Virus record (IMG/VR): IMGVR_UViG_3300042898_002099
DNA: 64,000 nt
Source: a virus
Strand: one strand, 5' to 3'
Part shown: positions 10,043-22,100 of the stretch, piece by piece
Position numbering within the stretch: position 1 is the stretch's first letter
Layout: every line of letters starts with the position of its first letter
The notes under the pieces: generated by a model
Databases searched by the model: none
Told to the model about the DNA's origin: nothing
What the model saw: the letters and a program-made list of their open reading frames with translations, nothing else
Made by a program: the position numbers and the translations under genes

Positions 10043-13000
10043 TTAAAATGTAGATAACGCGTATCTAACCCAATAATCTTGTTCTACGCATAAGTATACA
10101 TAATTTGCGTCTGCAATTATAGAACCTTGTGCACCTCGACTAGATGATGAAGTTGGTATAGCTGGTGAATATTTATTTGTAGATGGCGCAAAATTGCAAC
10201 CATGTGTCAACACGGGCCACAAGTTGCTGCCATTGGATAATGTTTTTCTGGCGGCATCTTCTGAAAATCCTGCGGCAGGCCACCAGCCACAACCAATAAA
10301 TGATATTGGAAATACAACAGATGAATCAGATGCTTCCAATGCTACCCAATGTGAAGAAATAGTACCAGGTATACCATTAAAGCTACACCCAGTAAGAATT
10401 CCTGTTAAGCCTGGTCTGCTTACAGTTTGTTCTACCCAACATTGTGCTTTACCGCCATTGTGTTCAAAGTAAACTCCGTGTAGCGCAAAACCATTCGATG
10501 ATTCTTGTCCACCTACACTGTCTCCACCTGAATTAGTTAATCGCAATCCCCATTTAGATGTGGATAAATCTGTACCCGTACCATTGCCTTCAAAACTGCC
10601 GCCTATATAATTAAATGTACCTGCTCCTACTACCCAACCACCATAAAAATAATTGTTACCTACAGTACAACCTATCATAGTAATAGCATTTGGGCTAGAA
10701 TTAGGTGTTGAAGCTGCATTTCTTTCAAATCTAAATCCATTATTATTAAATGACAATGTTGCTCTTTGTATATGGCTGCTTAAGAAATTAGACGCATATA
10801 TGCCTGTACCAAACCCTTTAATATTTACATCATCTATTTCAAAATATGCAAGTTGATTCATTGTCAGCCCTGCGCCAAACCCTGATGCGGTTCCAAGTAT
10901 ACCCATTTTTCTTATAGCGGAATAACCGCCAAAAGAACTAGCACTAGCACCAGTAAAATTAATACCATTTTGCCCTGAAGTTTCTTGGTAAATATAACTT
11001 GAAGCAGAACCTTCACCTTCGAAATTTACCACTTTAATAGGATCAAGTCTAAATGGCACTGATACATTTATTGGAGATGTTATTTTATAAGTGCCTGCGG
11101 GGAAAAATATTGTGCCGCCATTTGCTGCTAAAGCTGCCGCTACTGCAGCATTGATTGCAGCAGTGTCATTAGTTGTACCATTTCCTACAGCGCCATAAGT
11201 TTTTACATTATAAGTAAAACCAACTCCGGTTGCACCTACCGCCCCCGACGCGCCGGTTGAACCAACTGTACCTATACCCGTCGCACCCGTTGCACCATTT
11301 TGTCCACTAGCGCCGGTTGCACCTGTTGCCCCGACTGAGCCTGCACCCGTGGCGCCTGTTGCTCCGACTGAGCCTGTACCAGTAGCACCAGTTGCACCAG
11401 TTGCACCGGGAATAGTACTTGCCGCTCCCGTAAGACCTGTAGAGCCTCGTACACCTGTAGCACCAGTAGTGCCTAATAGTCCTGTTGCACCGGTCAACCC
11501 TGTTGCGCCAATTACACCTGAAGAACCAGTTGCACCTACAACACTAGCTCCTGAGGCTCCTGTTGCACCAATAACACTTAAACCAGACGCGCCTGTTAGT
11601 CCAGTTGCACCTTGGACGCCAGTAGCACCTGTTGTCCCCGCTCCTGTTCCACCGGTCAATCCTGTTGCACCGGTTAATCCTTGTACACCTGTGGCGCCTC
11701 TCAATCCTGTTGCGCCTAATCCAGTAGCACCAGTCGCACCCAAATTTCCTGTGGCTCCCGTAGATCCCGTTGGACCTATTAATCCTGTTGCGCCTGTGGC
11801 GCCAGTTCCACCTATACTTCCAGGTGTGCCCGTTGCTCCTGTTAAACCAGATGCGCCACTAAACCCTGAGGCACCAGTTGCCCCAGGTAAACTTAGTCCA
11901 GACGCACCAGTTAGTCCTGTTGCTCCGGTTAATCCTGTAGCACCAGTTGATCCTATTCCTGTTGCTCCTGTAGATCCCGTTGCGCCTGTCGATCCGGGTA
12001 TTACAGACGCAGCACCAGTTGAACCGGTCAATCCTGTTGCGCCAGTTGATCCTATTCCTGTGGCTCCCGTAGATCCAGTTGGACCTGTTAATCCTGTTGC
12101 ACCTGTTGGGCCACCTGAAGGACCTGTTGCGCCGGTTGCACCATCAACACCAGCACTACCTGTGGCACCTGTTGGACCACCCGATGGGCCTGTGGCACCT
12201 GTTAATCCTGTTGCGCCAGTTGTTCCTTCGCCGGTTGCGCCTGTTAATCCTGTGGCTCCCGTAGATCCCGTTAAACCTTGTATACCTGTAGCACCTCTGA
12301 AACCTGTTGCACCAGTTGCCCCTGATGACCCATCTATTCCAGACGTTCCCATATTTCCTGTAGCACCTGTAGCACCATCTGAACCAGTGGCGCCAACTAA
12401 ACCTGTGGCTCCTCTTAGCCCAGTTGAACCAGTTAAACCAGTAGATCCCTGTGTGCCTGTAGCACCAACTGATCCTATTCCTGTTGCCCCTGATGCTCCT
12501 GTTGCACCCGAACCTGTGGCGCCTGTTAATCCTGTTGATCCTCGTAGTCCGGTTGCACCAATTAATCCTGATGCACCGGTTGAACCTTGTATACCTGTAG
12601 CACCATCAATCCCCGAGACACCTGTTGCACCAGGTATTCCTGTTGAACCTCTGCTACCAGTTAAACCAGTTGCTCCAGTTAATCCTGTAGCGCCTGTTAG
12701 ACCAGTTGAACCATTAATTCCTGATGCACCAGTTAAACCAGTGGCGCCTGTTGAACCAGTTGCACCATTTGGTCCTCTTATGCCTGTTGCTCCAGTAATA
12801 CTTTGTCCTGTGGCACCAACAGATCCTGTAGCACCTTGTAATCCAGTTGCGCCTGAAGCACCAGATCCTGTAGCGCCTGTTAGACCAGTTGATCCTGTTG
12901 CACCTGTTAGACCAGTTAAACCAGTAGCACCAGATGGGCCTGTTGCACCATCATATAAGAATATTGCGTTTTGCGATATAGGTGTGCCTGGGACAACTAT

Positions 13001-13336
13001 AACATTACCAGTTTGTCCAGGTTCAACTTCAACGATACCTTCTGCTATTCTATAACTTGTAGTTGTGTTTGCAGCATCTACATAGTAAATATATCTACCA
13101 ACATTAATATTTGCTGTACTAGAATTACTCAATCCTATAGCAATTACACCATTTGATGCATCAATTACTGTAGTTATAAGTGCTGCTACAGCATTCGCAG
13201 TAGTATAAGATTTTTTAACGTAACCGTAGACATTAAACCCATTTAAATTTATGGGTTGTTTTTGATTGTCAACAAACGTTATTTGGTCCGAATACGTCGT
13301 ACCTTGAATTACTGTAAAATTAACAACTATTGACAT
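10043..13336 (-). CDS. Collagen-like fibre protein: BppU-like N-terminus, ~575-aa G-X-Y region, pectate-lyase-like beta-helix C-terminus
   Basis: GAT/GST/GLT triplets; [19 protein letters not shown]...FFPAGTY motif; occupies the wac/fibritin position next to gp13. Confidence 0.85.
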   Translation of the reverse strand: MSIVVNFTVIQGTTYSDQITFVDNQKQPINLNGFNVYGYVKKSYTTANAVAALITTVIDASNGVIAIGLSNSSTANINVGRYIYYVDAANTTTSYRIAEGIVEVEPGQTGNVIVVPGTPISQNAIFLYDGATGPSGATGLTGLTGATGSTGLTGATGSGASGATGLQGATGSVGATGQSITGATGIRGPNGATGSTGATGLTGASGINGSTGLTGATGLTGATGLTGSRGSTGIPGATGVSGIDGATGIQGSTGASGLIGATGLRGSTGLTGATGSGATGASGATGIGSVGATGTQGSTGLTGSTGLRGATGLVGATGSDGATGATGNMGTSGIDGSSGATGATGFRGATGIQGLTGSTGATGLTGATGEGTTGATGLTGATGPSGGPTGATGSAGVDGATGATGPSGGPTGATGLTGPTGSTGATGIGSTGATGLTGSTGAASVIPGSTGATGSTGATGIGSTGATGLTGATGLTGASGLSLPGATGASGFSGASGLTGATGTPGSIGGTGATGATGLIGPTGSTGATGNLGATGATGLGATGLRGATGVQGLTGATGLTGGTGAGTTGATGVQGATGLTGASGLSVIGATGASGASVVGATGSSGVIGATGLTGATGLLGTTGATGVRGSTGLTGAASTIPGATGATGATGTGSVGATGATGAGSVGATGATGASGQNGATGATGIGTVGSTGASGAVGATGVGFTYNVKTYGAVGNGTTNDTAAINAAVAAALAANGGTIFFPAGTYKITSPINVSVPFRLDPIKVVNFEGEGSASSYIYQETSGQNGINFTGASASSFGGYSAIRKMGILGTASGFGAGLTMNQLAYFEIDDVNIKGFGTGIYASNFLSSHIQRATLSFNNNGFRFERNAASTPNSSPNAITMIGCTVGNNYFYGGWVVGAGTFNYIGGSFEGNGTGTDLSTSKWGLRLTNSGGDSVGGQESSNGFALHGVYFEHNGGKAQCWVEQTVSRPGLTGILTGCSFNGIPGTISSHWVALEASDSSVVFPISFIGCGWWPAAGFSEDAARKTLSNGSNLWPVLTHGCNFAPSTNKYSPAIPTSSSSRGAQGSIIADANYVYLCVEQDYWVRYALSTF
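11220..12950 (-). repeat. Degenerate 9-bp (Gly-X-Thr) coding repeat
   Basis: Well over 100 GGNGCNACN-type triplets; opposite strand reads as PVAP repeats. Confidence 0.9.
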
Positions 13337-13530
13337 TATAGACCGTTATTTTTTATTTCATTATCAACTAATGTCATCAAATCATCGTTTATTGTCGTGT
13401 GGATTCCTGATAAAATAACTCGTACTTTATCTTTAACTTTTTGTAATGACCCCACAGTTTCATAAATTTCTGCAGTAATAGTTGTAGTATCTGCAACATG
13501 ATCTGCTGTAAGTTGTGTAATATTGATCAT
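13336..13530 (-). CDS. Hypothetical protein (possible fibre chaperone)
   Basis: Coupled start/stop with neighbours in the fibre operon. Confidence 0.6.
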   Translation of the reverse strand: MINITQLTADHVADTTTITAEIYETVGSLQKVKDKVRVILSGIHTTINDDLMTLVDNEIKNNGL

Positions 13531-14009
13531 TTGAATCTTCCGTAATAAATTCTATATGCTAAGTTAATAATCTCATCGCCTGTAATATTAGTAAATCCTT
13601 GTCTGTCAAACTTGTGCTTGCATACTATTTTTAAAATTCCAGGTTCAACTATTGTTGTTATTATAGATGAACCAAGATACAACCCTGTACTAGGTTGTAT
13701 AATTTCTCTGACCATAACTGAACCAGACCCACTAATTACAGAACTTCCCGAATCTGCAATACCGCCATTTATTTTATAAAATGGCATAACAAAATAGTCA
13801 TCAGTATTTATTAAAGAATTATTAATCAGAATGAATTCGTCAGAACGATCTACATACTTAGCAGTTGGACTTAACGCTAATACTTTTGGAATACTAATAA
13901 CACCAGGTGTGTTATACAATATGTGGGGCATTCTTTTATCTAAAGAAAACTTAGTATTTCCCGACCTATCGGTTATATTGAATGCGCCAGAATTTAAAGA
14001 AATACCCAT
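13527..14009 (-). CDS. Hypothetical tail/baseplate protein
   Basis: Beta-rich protein, operonic in the structural cluster. Confidence 0.6.
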   Translation of the reverse strand: MGISLNSGAFNITDRSGNTKFSLDKRMPHILYNTPGVISIPKVLALSPTAKYVDRSDEFILINNSLINTDDYFVMPFYKINGGIADSGSSVISGSGSVMVREIIQPSTGLYLGSSIITTIVEPGILKIVCKHKFDRQGFTNITGDEIINLAYRIYYGRFK

Positions 14010-15151
14010 TATTGAATTCCAAGATAAACTAAATTACCCGTTACCTCTACGCTTCCGTTTAGGAAATAATTAGTTGTATTATATTTGTATGTTAAAGACG
14101 AACCAAGACCAGCAAGAGTTTCTCCTTGAGGCCAAATGATACTGTCTGTCTGTAATGTAACTGCACCATTTCGTTCATCATATAAACCACCAGTTTGCGG
14201 ATCTTCGCTACTAGCATTTTCTATAGTTCTACCCTCATTATAACCAGTTGTTATATAGTGAATAGTTGCATTATAAGTATCATATCCATACAACGATCTA
14301 ATATCTGCATATTTGTTTAAGTACGCAATAGGATCAAAGGTAATTGTGCGATCTCCCTTTTCATTTGCATAATGTAATTGGCCTTTATTATAATCTGACC
14401 CATACGCAAGTATTAAATCTGCATAACTAGCAATATATCTTAATGCATCTGCGGGAGAAATATAAAATAAGTTTATTGGCAAAACACCGTTTGTTCCTTC
14501 GGGTTCTCCCGGAATACTATTTAAATATGTGTTAGGATTTATAGTTGTCGGTATCGAAGTTATTTCCTCATTCCCCGTCAGTCTTCTTAAGAATAGATTT
14601 AATTGTGTTGGTATATACTCATATACGCCATTTACTAAATTTGCAGTATACAATAAGTTTTTGCTAATTTCTATAGCATAACCTAAATCATTTGGTTGTT
14701 CTGTATAAACATACTTGGAACCAACTCTTTCCCAATTATAATAAGTATATTTTGTTTGTTTAGTAACTAATCCTGTAAATGTTTGACCACCTACAAAGAA
14801 TTGAAAAAATCCTGTTCTAACAGGTGGCTTATCTAATAGTAAAAGATTGATAAATGTATTGGTATTCAAATCACCGTTAACAGAATAGTTTTCTATAAAT
14901 GGACCTAATACTGGAACATCGGGTCCAATATTTTCTCTTTTAGATATTTGGCTGTAATCTGTAATCTTTATACCGTTTTGCGTTTCTTGATATAGTCTTA
15001 AATCATTAGACTGTAAAGTTTTAGTAAAAGCATAGTTTGCCGCAGATGAATATTGAGCAGTATTTTTGTAAAGATAACTTTTATCTGTACTAAATACATT
15101 ACCCATAGACACAAAATCTTGGGTTAAATTTAAAAGATAAACATTAGCCAT
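14009..15151 (-). CDS. Virion protein with two FD..YL..Y.D...HY...G..EGR-type repeats
   Basis: DALRYIASYADLILAYG..HY and FDPIAYLNKYADIRSLYG..HYITTGYNEGR. Confidence 0.65.
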   Translation of the reverse strand: MANVYLLNLTQDFVSMGNVFSTDKSYLYKNTAQYSSAANYAFTKTLQSNDLRLYQETQNGIKITDYSQISKRENIGPDVPVLGPFIENYSVNGDLNTNTFINLLLLDKPPVRTGFFQFFVGGQTFTGLVTKQTKYTYYNWERVGSKYVYTEQPNDLGYAIEISKNLLYTANLVNGVYEYIPTQLNLFLRRLTGNEEITSIPTTINPNTYLNSIPGEPEGTNGVLPINLFYISPADALRYIASYADLILAYGSDYNKGQLHYANEKGDRTITFDPIAYLNKYADIRSLYGYDTYNATIHYITTGYNEGRTIENASSEDPQTGGLYDERNGAVTLQTDSIIWPQGETLAGLGSSLTYKYNTTNYFLNGSVEVTGNLVYLGIQ

Positions 15152-15152
15152 A

Positions 15153-15656
15153 TTAGAAAGATGGTACCGATGCTGTATTTTCGAATGTTAACAAAGTATA
15201 TCTTCTTGTCAGTGTCGTCAATGAATCTGTGTTAACAATATTTCGTTCTTTGATGTAAAATTTAGTACTATCCATTGCCAATGATACAATTCTAAATGAA
15301 TTATTATTTACAATTTGCGCATATGTGTGTCCTGCTATAATTTCTCTTGTGTCATAATCTATTAAAATTGCAGCTGGTACATATCCAAAATTATGTATTG
15401 ATATGGTATATTCGTTGGTATTTTTAGTTGTAACACTTGGATCGGGATCCGCAGTAACTAAAGAATAATTTTGAACAAAATCTGTTTTCGATAAAATATT
15501 TAGATAATCAAATCTAGTATCAAAATATATTCTATTCAAATATGTTGTAGGATTTGTCAATGGTAAATTACTACCCTGTTGTCCCGTGGGGTTATTAAAG
15601 ATAGATACTACCTTTTTGCCCCCAGTTGTGCCCGCCCACAAAACATTAGTTGTCAT
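15153..15656 (-). CDS. Hypothetical tail protein
   Basis: Operonic, beta-rich. Confidence 0.6.
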   Translation of the reverse strand: MTTNVLWAGTTGGKKVVSIFNNPTGQQGSNLPLTNPTTYLNRIYFDTRFDYLNILSKTDFVQNYSLVTADPDPSVTTKNTNEYTISIHNFGYVPAAILIDYDTREIIAGHTYAQIVNNNSFRIVSLAMDSTKFYIKERNIVNTDSLTTLTRRYTLLTFENTASVPSF

Positions 15657-17266
15657 AATTCAATTCTGATAAATTTACTGTTTAAATCAATAACCATTCT
15701 ACCATCAGTTGATCTTAAAATTCCTGAAGTAATAGTACCAGCATTTTGAGAAACTTCTGATAATGCGTTTGCCGTTACTGTGATACCAGTAAAAATATTT
15801 GCAACCAATTGAGATCTAGTAATAGTACCACTTACAATTTTTGTTCCGCTAATAGAATTGCTAGCAATTTCTACCCCTGTTATTGAACCGGGTTGTATTT
15901 TACCTGTCGTAACAGCATTTGCGCCTAATTTACTAGATGTTACCGCTCCGTTAAACAACTCTCTTGTTGTTATAGTATTACTTACTAATTTTTCTCCAGT
16001 AATAACATTTGCTGCAATTTTAGATGTTATTATTGCATTAGATGCTATCTGTACATTACCTACTTGGCCTGCATTTAGAACAATATTTGTTACAGTGCCA
16101 CTTACACCTGGAGAATAAAAATCCCAACTAGTTTTAGTTGTATTTAAAATATAGCTAGTACCACCTACAATAATTAAATCGCCCGGATTAAATAGTGTTA
16201 CATCTGATGGCAATGATGCCAATGTTCTAACTCTTGCGGTGCCAGTATTTGCTGTAAATTGTTGTATTGTATTCCATGTACCGGAATAGATATATAACCC
16301 TTGATCTATACCAGATGTTTTTCTAAACAACTCAAATGCATTTGCTGTTGCTGGTAAAGAACCACCCGAAGAAATTCCTCCGCCTGCACCAGAAGAACTA
16401 GAAACATAATCACTTAAATTTTTCCATGCATTATTAATAAAGATATAAGCAATTGACCCTACAACAACTGTTCTACCTGAATAATTTCCTGCATCGCCTA
16501 CTACAGGCAACGTAACTAATACTTCTAGACCCGACGGTGCGCTAGATGTTATAACACTTGATAATGTTTTCCATTGACCAGAAATAAACAAATACGGTAT
16601 AGCATTTGCTGTTTCATAAAAGACTGTGCCTTCTGGCGCTGTCTGCGGTTTAACCGCACCTATAGCAAATGCTGTATCGCCTCTAAATCTTACCCATCTA
16701 GAATCGGAACCAGCTAATCTTGCAATTGCAGAATCTGCCGGTAATCCTGTACCATTGCCTACGGGGTATTTAGAGAATACCCAAACATCTCCAGAATTAA
16801 ATACAATCCTGCCTTCATAGTTACCCAATGTCGGTAAAGATGAAACTACAGGAATACCATTAACAGTTACATTTGCCGTACCTGAACCAGTGACAACAGT
16901 AATGTTTGCGCCGCTTATACCGCCAGTAAATGCGGCTAATCTAGCTAACACATAATCTTGTGTTGCTAATTCATTTGTATACCATTTAATAGTGCCATTC
17001 TCATTCAATATTAAAGAATCTGCGCCGTTTAAAGAAAAGCCAATAACACCCGAGGCTTGTCTGTACATTCCGGTGTCTTTATCACCTTGCCAAGCATATC
17101 CTGGTAATATTTTAGAATCAGATCCATAGCTTACAACTTGCCCGCCAGTATAAAGCGAATTAAAATTGTCGTTTACTTTGATGAAGGCATCGCGAAGTAA
17201 ATCGCCGTCTCCACTATTCGGTGTTGTTCCTACAAGAACATTTGGTAGATTTTTTGGGGCAGCCAT
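15653..17266 (-). CDS. Baseplate/tail-fibre protein with gp9/gp10-like N-terminus
   Basis: GTTPNSGDGDLLRDAFIKVNDNFNSLY motif; C-terminal IT..KI 10-residue repeats. Confidence 0.75.
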   Translation of the reverse strand: MAAPKNLPNVLVGTTPNSGDGDLLRDAFIKVNDNFNSLYTGGQVVSYGSDSKILPGYAWQGDKDTGMYRQASGVIGFSLNGADSLILNENGTIKWYTNELATQDYVLARLAAFTGGISGANITVVTGSGTANVTVNGIPVVSSLPTLGNYEGRIVFNSGDVWVFSKYPVGNGTGLPADSAIARLAGSDSRWVRFRGDTAFAIGAVKPQTAPEGTVFYETANAIPYLFISGQWKTLSSVITSSAPSGLEVLVTLPVVGDAGNYSGRTVVVGSIAYIFINNAWKNLSDYVSSSSGAGGGISSGGSLPATANAFELFRKTSGIDQGLYIYSGTWNTIQQFTANTGTARVRTLASLPSDVTLFNPGDLIIVGGTSYILNTTKTSWDFYSPGVSGTVTNIVLNAGQVGNVQIASNAIITSKIAANVITGEKLVSNTITTRELFNGAVTSSKLGANAVTTGKIQPGSITGVEIASNSISGTKIVSGTITRSQLVANIFTGITVTANALSEVSQNAGTITSGILRSTDGRMVIDLNSKFIRIEL

Positions 17267-17270
17267 ATGG

Positions 17271-17477
17271 TTAACTTAAATTTAGATGGTTTTTAATTTT
17301 ATCAATTTCCGCTTTTAACATATTTATTTCGTCTTTCATATCCTGAATTAGTTTAGTCTGTTTTCTTTTTTGCTTATACTCAATTAACGCATGAGTATTA
17401 GTATTAAGAATTGCAGAACTTGCTGGGTCTATAACATACCCAGGATCGTTTTCTACGGGAATATATCTTGAATTCAT
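17271..17477 (-). CDS. Small coiled-coil virion protein
   Basis: D..S.AILNT motif plus coiled coil, as typically found after DUF4815 genes in T4-like phages. Confidence 0.7.
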   Translation of the reverse strand: MNSRYIPVENDPGYVIDPASSAILNTNTHALIEYKQKRKQTKLIQDMKDEINMLKAEIDKIKNHLNLS

Positions 17478-17478
17478 T

Positions 17479-19197
17479 TTATAATAATGAAGTTGCTACT
17501 AAGTTTTTAATCTTAGGTAAATAAACTGGATTGTTTGCGTAGAACACAATCTTAACTTGATAATTTGCAAAAGTTTCATATGTAGATGTTATTGCAACAT
17601 TTGAAACTAAGTTTGCAGAGTTTGAATATGTCAAAGCAGGTTCTAATAGTCTGTATGTTTCCTCCGTGAATAAATCGTCATTTGTTCCTGCATAAGATTT
17701 ACTCACAGGCGAAACTAATGGAAGTTTAATAAAAGGTCTTGCTACTATACCATTGACAAAACTTTTATCGTTTCTAGATAATACTCTAACAAAAACTTCG
17801 ATATCTGTACCAATTTTTCTATTGACATTTACTTTTACTTCCATGCCTGTAGAGTCAAATTGGTCTGCAAGCGATACAACTTTACTAATATATCTTGCCT
17901 TCGCTGTTCCGTGATTTGCAGCTAATTCAGATGTAGAAATATCTGCACTATAAGGCAATACGTTATTTCTAAATATTTGAGCTTTCATCAACTGTTTATC
18001 TAAAAATGGCGCAACATCTTTAGATTTTGTTGTTAATGATACTTGTAATTTTAAATCGCCGTTTTCTCGTAAAGATTGTCTTCCTGTTAAATTCAATTCC
18101 GAACCAGGAACAATATCGGTAAATTTTGTTTTATCTCTAGAGTTAGTATCTTCAGTTGTTTGTATTTTATATGTAACTTGTGCGGTATCACCCAAAGCAA
18201 CTTCTGTACTTAACAAACGAATTCTATTATAATCTATTTCAGCAAGAGCAGGGGTTGTCATTTCAAAAGTTACTGTGCCAGGATCAAATTTTGCTTTACC
18301 TAACATAAAAGTTAAATCCTCATTCTCATCACCCAGCCAATCTGTAGTATTCTGTGCTTTAAATAACCTACCAGCAAACGGTTGCTTAACTGTTTTACCA
18401 TCGCCTGTTTTTGCGGACAATAATTGATATTTGTCCGATTTAGTATATACACAGAATGCATATTCGCCAGGCTTCAAATATATTGGATTTGCGAATACAA
18501 ATGTTGTTGCTTTTGCCCCTGCTGTTGCGTCATATACGTTTATATCTGTAGGTGTCTTTGTTGATACTGTACCAGACATATATTCTGTTGTAGACGGTTT
18601 GCTACCAGACATAGGTCTTAATTCTATACTTACAGGTAACTTATCGTCTTTAGTATAGAAGAATAAATTAATATAAGTTAAAACAATACCCAATGGATAT
18701 GTCCCTGCATCTATTGTGAATGTTTGCGATAACGGATCCAATCTTTTCTGAGTATTATTTGCATCCGCGGAAGATCCTAACGGAGAAGTTCTAAATTTTT
18801 CCGTTGTTCTTAGCGCAATTGTACCACCTTGTTCTGGATCTACGATATTTAACCCGTGATTCATTAAAGTGGTTTCAGAAATATACTTACATTTTTCTAT
18901 ACCATCTGCACTATCACCAAATGTTAGACGAATTTCACCTGCATTAAATTTGTATTTGCCTTCGGTGCTAGGTATATACACAAAACCAAGTGCACTACCT
19001 AATTGATCTGTAGTAATAGTATCACCTAATAATGCGCCAGTTGTTACCGGTGCTGTAAAAGGAGTTATATTAACACCATTTACATAAGTATAAATTTTTA
19101 TACCAGGTGGCATTTGAGCCACCGTAAAAGACATAACCTCAGATCCCGCATAAATCGGTATTTCTGCATCTCTGGTTGATGTTATATTTGTCGCCAT
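17479..19197 (-). CDS. Virion structural protein, C-terminal half of DUF4815/VrlC-like protein
   Basis: DPLSQTF, LFKAQN..W..EDL.F and ARYISK motifs. Confidence 0.8.
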   Translation of the reverse strand: MATNITSTRDAEIPIYAGSEVMSFTVAQMPPGIKIYTYVNGVNITPFTAPVTTGALLGDTITTDQLGSALGFVYIPSTEGKYKFNAGEIRLTFGDSADGIEKCKYISETTLMNHGLNIVDPEQGGTIALRTTEKFRTSPLGSSADANNTQKRLDPLSQTFTIDAGTYPLGIVLTYINLFFYTKDDKLPVSIELRPMSGSKPSTTEYMSGTVSTKTPTDINVYDATAGAKATTFVFANPIYLKPGEYAFCVYTKSDKYQLLSAKTGDGKTVKQPFAGRLFKAQNTTDWLGDENEDLTFMLGKAKFDPGTVTFEMTTPALAEIDYNRIRLLSTEVALGDTAQVTYKIQTTEDTNSRDKTKFTDIVPGSELNLTGRQSLRENGDLKLQVSLTTKSKDVAPFLDKQLMKAQIFRNNVLPYSADISTSELAANHGTAKARYISKVVSLADQFDSTGMEVKVNVNRKIGTDIEVFVRVLSRNDKSFVNGIVARPFIKLPLVSPVSKSYAGTNDDLFTEETYRLLEPALTYSNSANLVSNVAITSTYETFANYQVKIVFYANNPVYLPKIKNLVATSLL

Positions 19198-19198
19198 A

Positions 19199-22100
19199 TT
19201 AAATTCCTACTAAAGAATAGTTTACTGATTTATATCCGTTATTTTCAATTTGCACAGCTTTAGGATAACGCTTTTCAACTTCGTGAGCCATATATCCTTC
19301 AAACACGCCATGTCCTGCAATATCTTTAAATTCTTTTCTATATTCATATTGATATAGATTTAACCCGTTTGGCATTTTTCTAACAAACTTGACGTTTGTT
19401 TTCATTCTTTCATCTGAGAATAATTTTTTAAGACCCTTCCATACAACTTTTACTACTTTAACTGCAACATATGCAACAGCAACAACTGCCGCAACTTGAA
19501 TAAGTACGGGTGCGGTACTAATATATGCAGCAAATGTAGTAGCACCAGATGCAATTGCTGCGGTTGCAGCTCCTAAAATAGGCACGCCGGTGGTTGCTGC
19601 AGCTAATGCACTCGCCCCCTGTGCAATTCCAGCAAAGACAAATGTTGCAGACGCTGATACAAGTTGTGTTAATCCTGTTTGCAATCCTGATAATGTAGTA
19701 CTAAAAGAATTTGAAAAGATGCCGCCCAATGTGTCTGTTAAACTGGTCAATGCTGTACTAAAATTGGCAGCTCCAGAAGTTAATAGTTGAGAATTTAATA
19801 AAGATAACTCAGTCGCAGTAGCCAATCCTGCAGTTGTGCTTGGTATTACGCTACTACTACCTGTTAACCAATCGGATACAAAACTTGTCATGTCTTTCAA
19901 AGTTGTAAAACCAGAATTTACAAATTTAGATAGTCCATCTATAGAACTTATTGAATTATAAAAATTCAAACCAATATCTCGAACCGCTCCCCACGCTACA
20001 GATAATATACTTTCTCCATAAAATGCTGCCGTATTTGCGAATCCCCCAATTCCGATGCCATCCGCAAGGGCAGCAATACTATATGCTGTAATTACTTTTG
20101 ATGCAACTAACCCACCAAATAATAACAGGCCTCCGGTTAACCATATATTAATATTAAAGGAATTTTTCTTTGAAATTTCTGCTCTACCCACACCATCATT
20201 AATAGCACCAGGATTTACATTAATAAAACTATTTGCTTCTAATTGTGATGCAAATACTTCATTTACATATTTCATAGTAATAAGATCATTTATTTCTAAA
20301 ATGTCTATATCTGCTACCACATTTAAATCTACATTATATACTGCAAAACCGGGGAAACATTCTTGTTCGTCAGTATCAACAGCAACACCAAAATAACCAC
20401 TTGTAAGATCAGCTTTATCTGTGTCGGTAAAATCTTCAACTAAAATGCCAGATTTCAACAATGTATCGCCGTTATCATTTGTTACAATGGATCTCAAATT
20501 TGCAATTTCAATACTTTGTAATTTTACTGCTTTATCTAAATTAATTGCAAGAGTTTCAATTTTGCCTATGTCTCGCATAGTGAAGCGTTTATTATCATCA
20601 TATGTTATTTTAACATCAAAAGAACTTCTTGCATATGGTGGTATTTCTAAAACTGCAAGACTCAATTTGCTAATATCCGAGATATCGTTAATTTCTTTTG
20701 GGTTAGCGGATTCGATACCTTGTTGTACATAGAATTTATTATACGGAGAATCATAATTTTGTAACGTATTAGTCACATAAATTCTATCTTTTCTGCCAAG
20801 ATAATAAGTAACATCTGCTTCAGTGTTAACTGTAGATGTTGGTATGATTGAGGCCGCAAAATTATAATAAAGACTATCATCAATTCTTCTTGGTCTAAAA
20901 TCTATTGCATCTCTCAAATTAAATTCATTTGAATCTACAACCGATCTATAGGTTGGTATTCTAGAATAGTATGAAGCTGGATATGATTGTACTGTAGCTG
21001 GTCCTTCGCCCGTATGTGTAAAATAATCAAATAACACTAAAACATTTCCAGGAGGATTTGCTGCAGAAATAAATTTAACTGTTCCATGATCATAGAAAGT
21101 ATCTCGTTGACCATTATCTAAAATATAATTGGTGTTAGTCTCAGAAATCAACGACGTCCATGCATTGGCATTTACTGGCGAAATATTAGACGTTGGTGCA
21201 ATTGCAATATATGCGGTACTATCTAAAGTTACTATGTCATTATAATTATATGATGTTGTAGAAATCCAAGATCCAAGATATTTTCCAACATTTGATAATG
21301 CATATAAATTCTTAAACGATGTAATATCGGATTTACCTAACGAATACGCATAATCAGCCAATGCAACATTTACAATTTTTGCATGATTCTCAACTAAAGT
21401 TTTTGTTCTTGGTTGTAAATCGTCGCTTTCAATTTTTAAAGATACATCAGCAATTCCGGTGAATGACGGATCATTCATATTAATAGTTAATGTAGCGGAA
21501 TCACCGGCAATTGTTGTTGTGCCTCTTTCAAAATTATAAGCACCTAAATTTGTATTGCCTGTTGCTCCACTTTTTACCAACACAATAAAGTTTGTTCTTG
21601 CAGTACTTGCAGGAATTATACCATCACCCAATGCAAATGTTTCTGGTGCAGATAATGTCTTTGAAAATACCCCAGAACTAAACACAGCATTATTAAAAAC
21701 TCTTATATACTCACTTCTAATAGTATCAACATTTTTTACATATGTTTTATTAATAGGAAATAACAATCGTTCTGCTGGTCTATTAGAATCAAATATTGTA
21801 GTTACGCCAGATGTAGCAATACCATCACTTGCAATATCTGCATAGAAGAAAGGTGAAGAATATGTAGCCGCAGTACCATGTGATGTAAGACCATTTGATA
21901 CACCGACTACACTTCGTATTTGTTTTACGTTAATTAAACCATCATAGAATGGACTACCGTTTACAACTTCTAAATATGCTTTAACATTAGTTAATGATCT
22001 AGCTTTATCAGTTGGATCCGCGGTGGCCGAAGATACTGCCGCAACTACCTCAGCCCTGACTTTTTCAATGTCTTTATTATTATTGATCCAAGTGTTGTAC

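Noticed and set aside
11220-12950. Repeat array as possible CRISPR or DGR
   Set aside because: Degenerate 9-bp coding periodicity, no constant repeat with unique spacers, and no reverse transcriptase in the window
11349-13055. 568-aa + strand PVAP-repeat ORF
   Set aside because: Antisense shadow of the Gly-X-Thr collagen codons, which rarely give stops on the opposite strand
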